Part shown: in pieces, positions 61,156 through 64,000 of the stretch | How positions within the stretch are numbered: position 1 is the stretch's first letter | Layout: every line of letters starts with the position of its first letter | Source: an uncultured Verrucomicrobiae bacterium | GTDB taxonomy: Bacteria; Verrucomicrobiota; Verrucomicrobiia; Chthoniobacterales; UBA10450 | Direction of reading: 5' to 3' | Assembly: GCA_963815455.1 (NCBI GenBank) | Contig: CAWFGO010000003.1 | Span: 1-64,000, forward strand | DNA: 64,000 nt | Translations under genes and position numbers: made by a program | The notes under the pieces: model-generated | Databases searched by the model: none | What the model saw: only the letters and a program-made list of their open reading frames with translations | Told to the model about the DNA's origin: nothing

Positions 61156-61212
61156 CGGCGCTCTCTGAGCGTCGAATTCTTATCCGTCCGACGGTCAGAG
61201 ACCGCCGCTACA
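61151..61212. repeat. GTAG-type REP doublet, family B copy 2
   Basis: Right arm CGACGGTCAGAGACCGCCGCTACA identical to the one at 51636-51659. Confidence 0.8.
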
Positions 61213-61215
61213 GTC

Positions 61216-61659
61216 CTAGTGGGTTACCCCTAACGAGCGGCCTTCGTCGGCATCGATAAAGGCGAACATGGTTTCGATCTCGGAGCGGCCGGCCATTCCC
61301 GCTTCTTTTTTGCGGCGCTTGAGTGTCTCGGAAATTTCGTCGTTCCAGCCCGCGCTTCCGCATGAATTCATTCCAAACATAAATCTCATCGTCCGATGGC
61401 TGCCGTCCGTTATTGAAACACCATTGGAGAATTTCCTCATCCGTGCCGCCTTGTTTCACCCGGTTAACGAGTCTGGTCGTAATCAACGCGCAGAAACGGA
61501 TGCAGCTGGCGTCGAAACCGCGCCCCAGATTCGCTTGATAATCTTCCGGCAATTCGCCTTTCTCGTGTGCGCGAATCTTGTCGAGCATCCGCCCGAAATA
61601 GACCAGCCCGCCTGTACTGCGACATATGGACTGCGCAGAATTTCAGATCCTTCAGTCAT
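61216..61659 (-). CDS. Second DUF5069-like protein, several frameshifts
   Basis: LRSPY...GLVYFGRMLDKIR...GELP.DY...TDEEIL.W...WNEFM..RGWND...TMF.FIDADEGR across frames. Confidence 0.75.
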
Positions 61660-61798
61660 GCCAGGTCAGTTTGCCCGACATTGTGCCGCAGGGTCGTTTC
61701 AAGGCTTGCGAATAAGTTTCGATTCTGAGCAGGAAGAAGCAATGGCGACGCCTTTTTGCCTCTAGCGATTTGGCGGTTTCGGTGCGTTAATTGGTTCC

Positions 61799-63225
61799 AT
61801 GGACCGGATCGTTGGAATCGAGACCGAATACGGCTGTCTGCTGAGCGACGAGGAGCCGCACGGCAACTCCGATCTTTGGCCGGCCAAGGTCAAAAACTAT
61901 CTGTTTCGAAAGGCTGAGGCCGGAACGATCGATCTGCATTATCGCGATTACGAGGAACCGCCCGGCAATGGCGGTTTTCTTCTCAATGGCGGCCGGCTTT
62001 ACCTCGACATGGGCCACATCGAATACGCGTCGCCGGAATGTCTGCATCTGCATGATCTCGTTGCCTACGATCTGGCCGGCGACGAGCTGCTTCAGTCGGC
62101 GCTCGCCGCCTTAGGCGCGGACGATCGCGTCTCGTTCATCAAGAACAATGTCGATCATCACACCGGCGCGACTTTCGGTTGTCACGAGAATTATTTGATG
62201 AAACGCGAGGCGCAATTCACGCCGCCGATCCTCGGGACGCTCCTCACATTTCTGGCCACGCGGCAAATCTTTACCGGCGCGGGGCGGGTCGGGCAGGCGA
62301 ATCCGCTGGCGTTCGATTTCGAGCCGCCGCAGCAGGAAGCGCAGGTTCATTTTCAGCTCAGCCAGCGCGCCGATCACATCGTGAACGACATTTATCAATG
62401 GGTGCAATTCAATCGCGCCATTATCAACGCTCGCGACGAGCCGCTGGCCGATTATCGCAAATACCGGCGCCTGCATTTGCTCATCGGCGATTCGAACATG
62501 AGCCCGTTCGCCACCGCGCTGAAGATCGGAACCACCGCTTGCGTGCTGACGCTGCTCGAAGACGGCCGTTTGCCGCGCAACCTGGTCCTGGCCGATGCCG
62601 TCCAGAGCACGCGCGACATTTCCCGCGACTCAACCGGGCGTTGGATTGTCGATCTCGAAAATGGCAAGACCATCGGCGCGCTCGATGTGCAATGGCAATT
62701 TCACGATCTTGCCCAACGCCACCTGCGCGGAACAGCAGCGCCGAAACCGATTGGCTTTTGGAAAGTTGGAGCTTCGTTCTCGAAGCGCTCGAGCAAAATC
62801 CGGCAATCGCTCATCGGCGGCGTGGATTGGATCACAAAGAAATGGCTGCTCGAAACGCTTGATCGAAGCCGAAGGATTAAGCTGGGACGATCCATGGCTC
62901 CAAAGTGTCGATCTTGAATATCACAACATCGATCCGGCCGAAGGCTTGTTTTTCGGCGTCACGCCCGGGAAAACGAATCGGCGAATGGAACAACAGTGTC
63001 CGCCGTCCCGACGCCATGCGCATCCCGCCGGCCAACACGCGCGCGTCCGGTCGGGCCCGCGCCGTCGCCGCATTCCAGAACCGCGAGCTTCCTTACGTCA
63101 TCAACTGGGACTCGATCGCCTGCGACAGCCGCGATTTTCTGGTCATGGGCGACCCGTTCAAGACCTACAACGACGAAGTGGAAAAATTTCTCAGCACTGC
63201 GCGCCCGCCGCCGCAAATTGAATAA
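61799..63225 (+). CDS. Pup/UBact ligase-deamidase family protein (PafA-like), frameshifts in 62730-62980
   Basis: GIETEYG, NGGRLYLD.GH.EYA.PEC, GCHENY, SQRA, IIN.RDEP.AD...RRLH...GDSNMS, DLEYH, PP..TRA..R, W, DPF. Confidence 0.9.
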
Positions 63226-63264
63226 CTGATCCGCGAAAATTCGCGTACTCCGCGGTTGTCGATG

Positions 63265-64000
63265 TTACTCCAGGCGCTGCAACGAGGAGATGCCGTAACT
63301 TTCCTGAAGCGCAGGCGCGTCTTCGGCTACCTGGGCGGCGTCGAGCTCGATCTCTTTTGGATCTTCTTCGGTCTCGACTTTGATGAAGCCGCCTTCGATC
63401 GGTTGTTTGACCGCTTCAGCCAAATCTTCCAGCGAGCGGATCTCTTTACCGTTCACCCGTCGTCACTATGAGATAAGCAAAATCTTCGTAGCCGATGGTG
63501 GCGTTGGCGGGCAGGATCTGGCTAAGGACAACGACTTTGCGGTGACCTTCGGGAAAGAGCTCGGATTGGAAATGATCGAGATAAACGAATTTCTGGGGCG
63601 CTTCTCTCAGCCAATTGCCGCCCCATTCGCGAAGATATTGACGTGATAGTTCCTGGAAGATGAGCCCGCCCAGGACGTAATAGCGCGGCGCTTGATCGAA
63701 ATTGTAGGGCGGGATGACGTAATCGCTGGCGTCGCGATGCTCAAGCGTGATGTTCAATTGCATCGGCTGGCCGTTGCGCCGGATCTGGAACGGGATGGTG
63801 TCGCCGGCGAACGCGCGCGCGGTGAGAAGATGAGTGAATTCGAGTTTGCCGTAGAGAGGATCGACATAGTTGCCATTCTGATCGATCTCGCTCTTGGCGA
63901 TGGCCGTCACGACATCGCCCACCTGCAATCCGGCTTTCATCGCGGGCGAGCCTGGCTCGACGCTGGTGACGTAGACTCCGCCGGCTTGCCCGGTCTCGCC
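63265..64000 (-). CDS. C-terminal PDZ region of a DegP/Deg2-like protease, partial, frameshift near 63455
   Basis: GGVYVTSVEPGSPA.KAGLQVGDV, P.Y...GGL.FQ.L...YL, VVLSQIL....T.GYE, VNG..I.SL.DL; catalytic domain lies outside the window. Confidence 0.8.

Noticed and set aside
61660..61798. pup/ubact gene upstream of the PafA-like gene
   Set aside because: No small ORF ending in a G[EQ]-type motif is visible in the gap.

Overview
GC-rich bacterial chromosomal DNA. Gene content (PEP-CTERM and VPDSG-CTERM sorted proteins, two DUF5069-like genes, a PafA/Dop-family ligase) points by inference to a soil verrucomicrobium of the Chthoniobacterales type. About 80 genes or gene fragments are recognisable. 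They include a five-gene ynbABCD+plsC-like lipid operon (2.0-7.4 kb), a DEAD-box helicase, many small stress/detox genes, a tolC-ytcA-mdtN-mdtO-like efflux operon ending in a lipoprotein hydrolase, an RND efflux pair, two related LysR/small-membrane-protein/TolC modules, oxidoreductase and hydrolase genes, accBC, thiE, a PfkB kinase, tRNA-Arg(ACG) and a PDZ protease. Many genes carry single-base frameshifts, probably long-read indels. Five genes are damaged by larger truncations or deletions. Intergenic regions hold several palindromic REP-like repeat families. No transposase, integrase, prophage, CRISPR array or rRNA was seen. The best candidate for an undescribed system is an unannotated 45-aa peptide gene (21373-21510) with a basic leader ending in KDAKGG, a sigma54-like promoter, upstream dyads and its own hairpin. 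All product calls come from motif recognition, not database searches.
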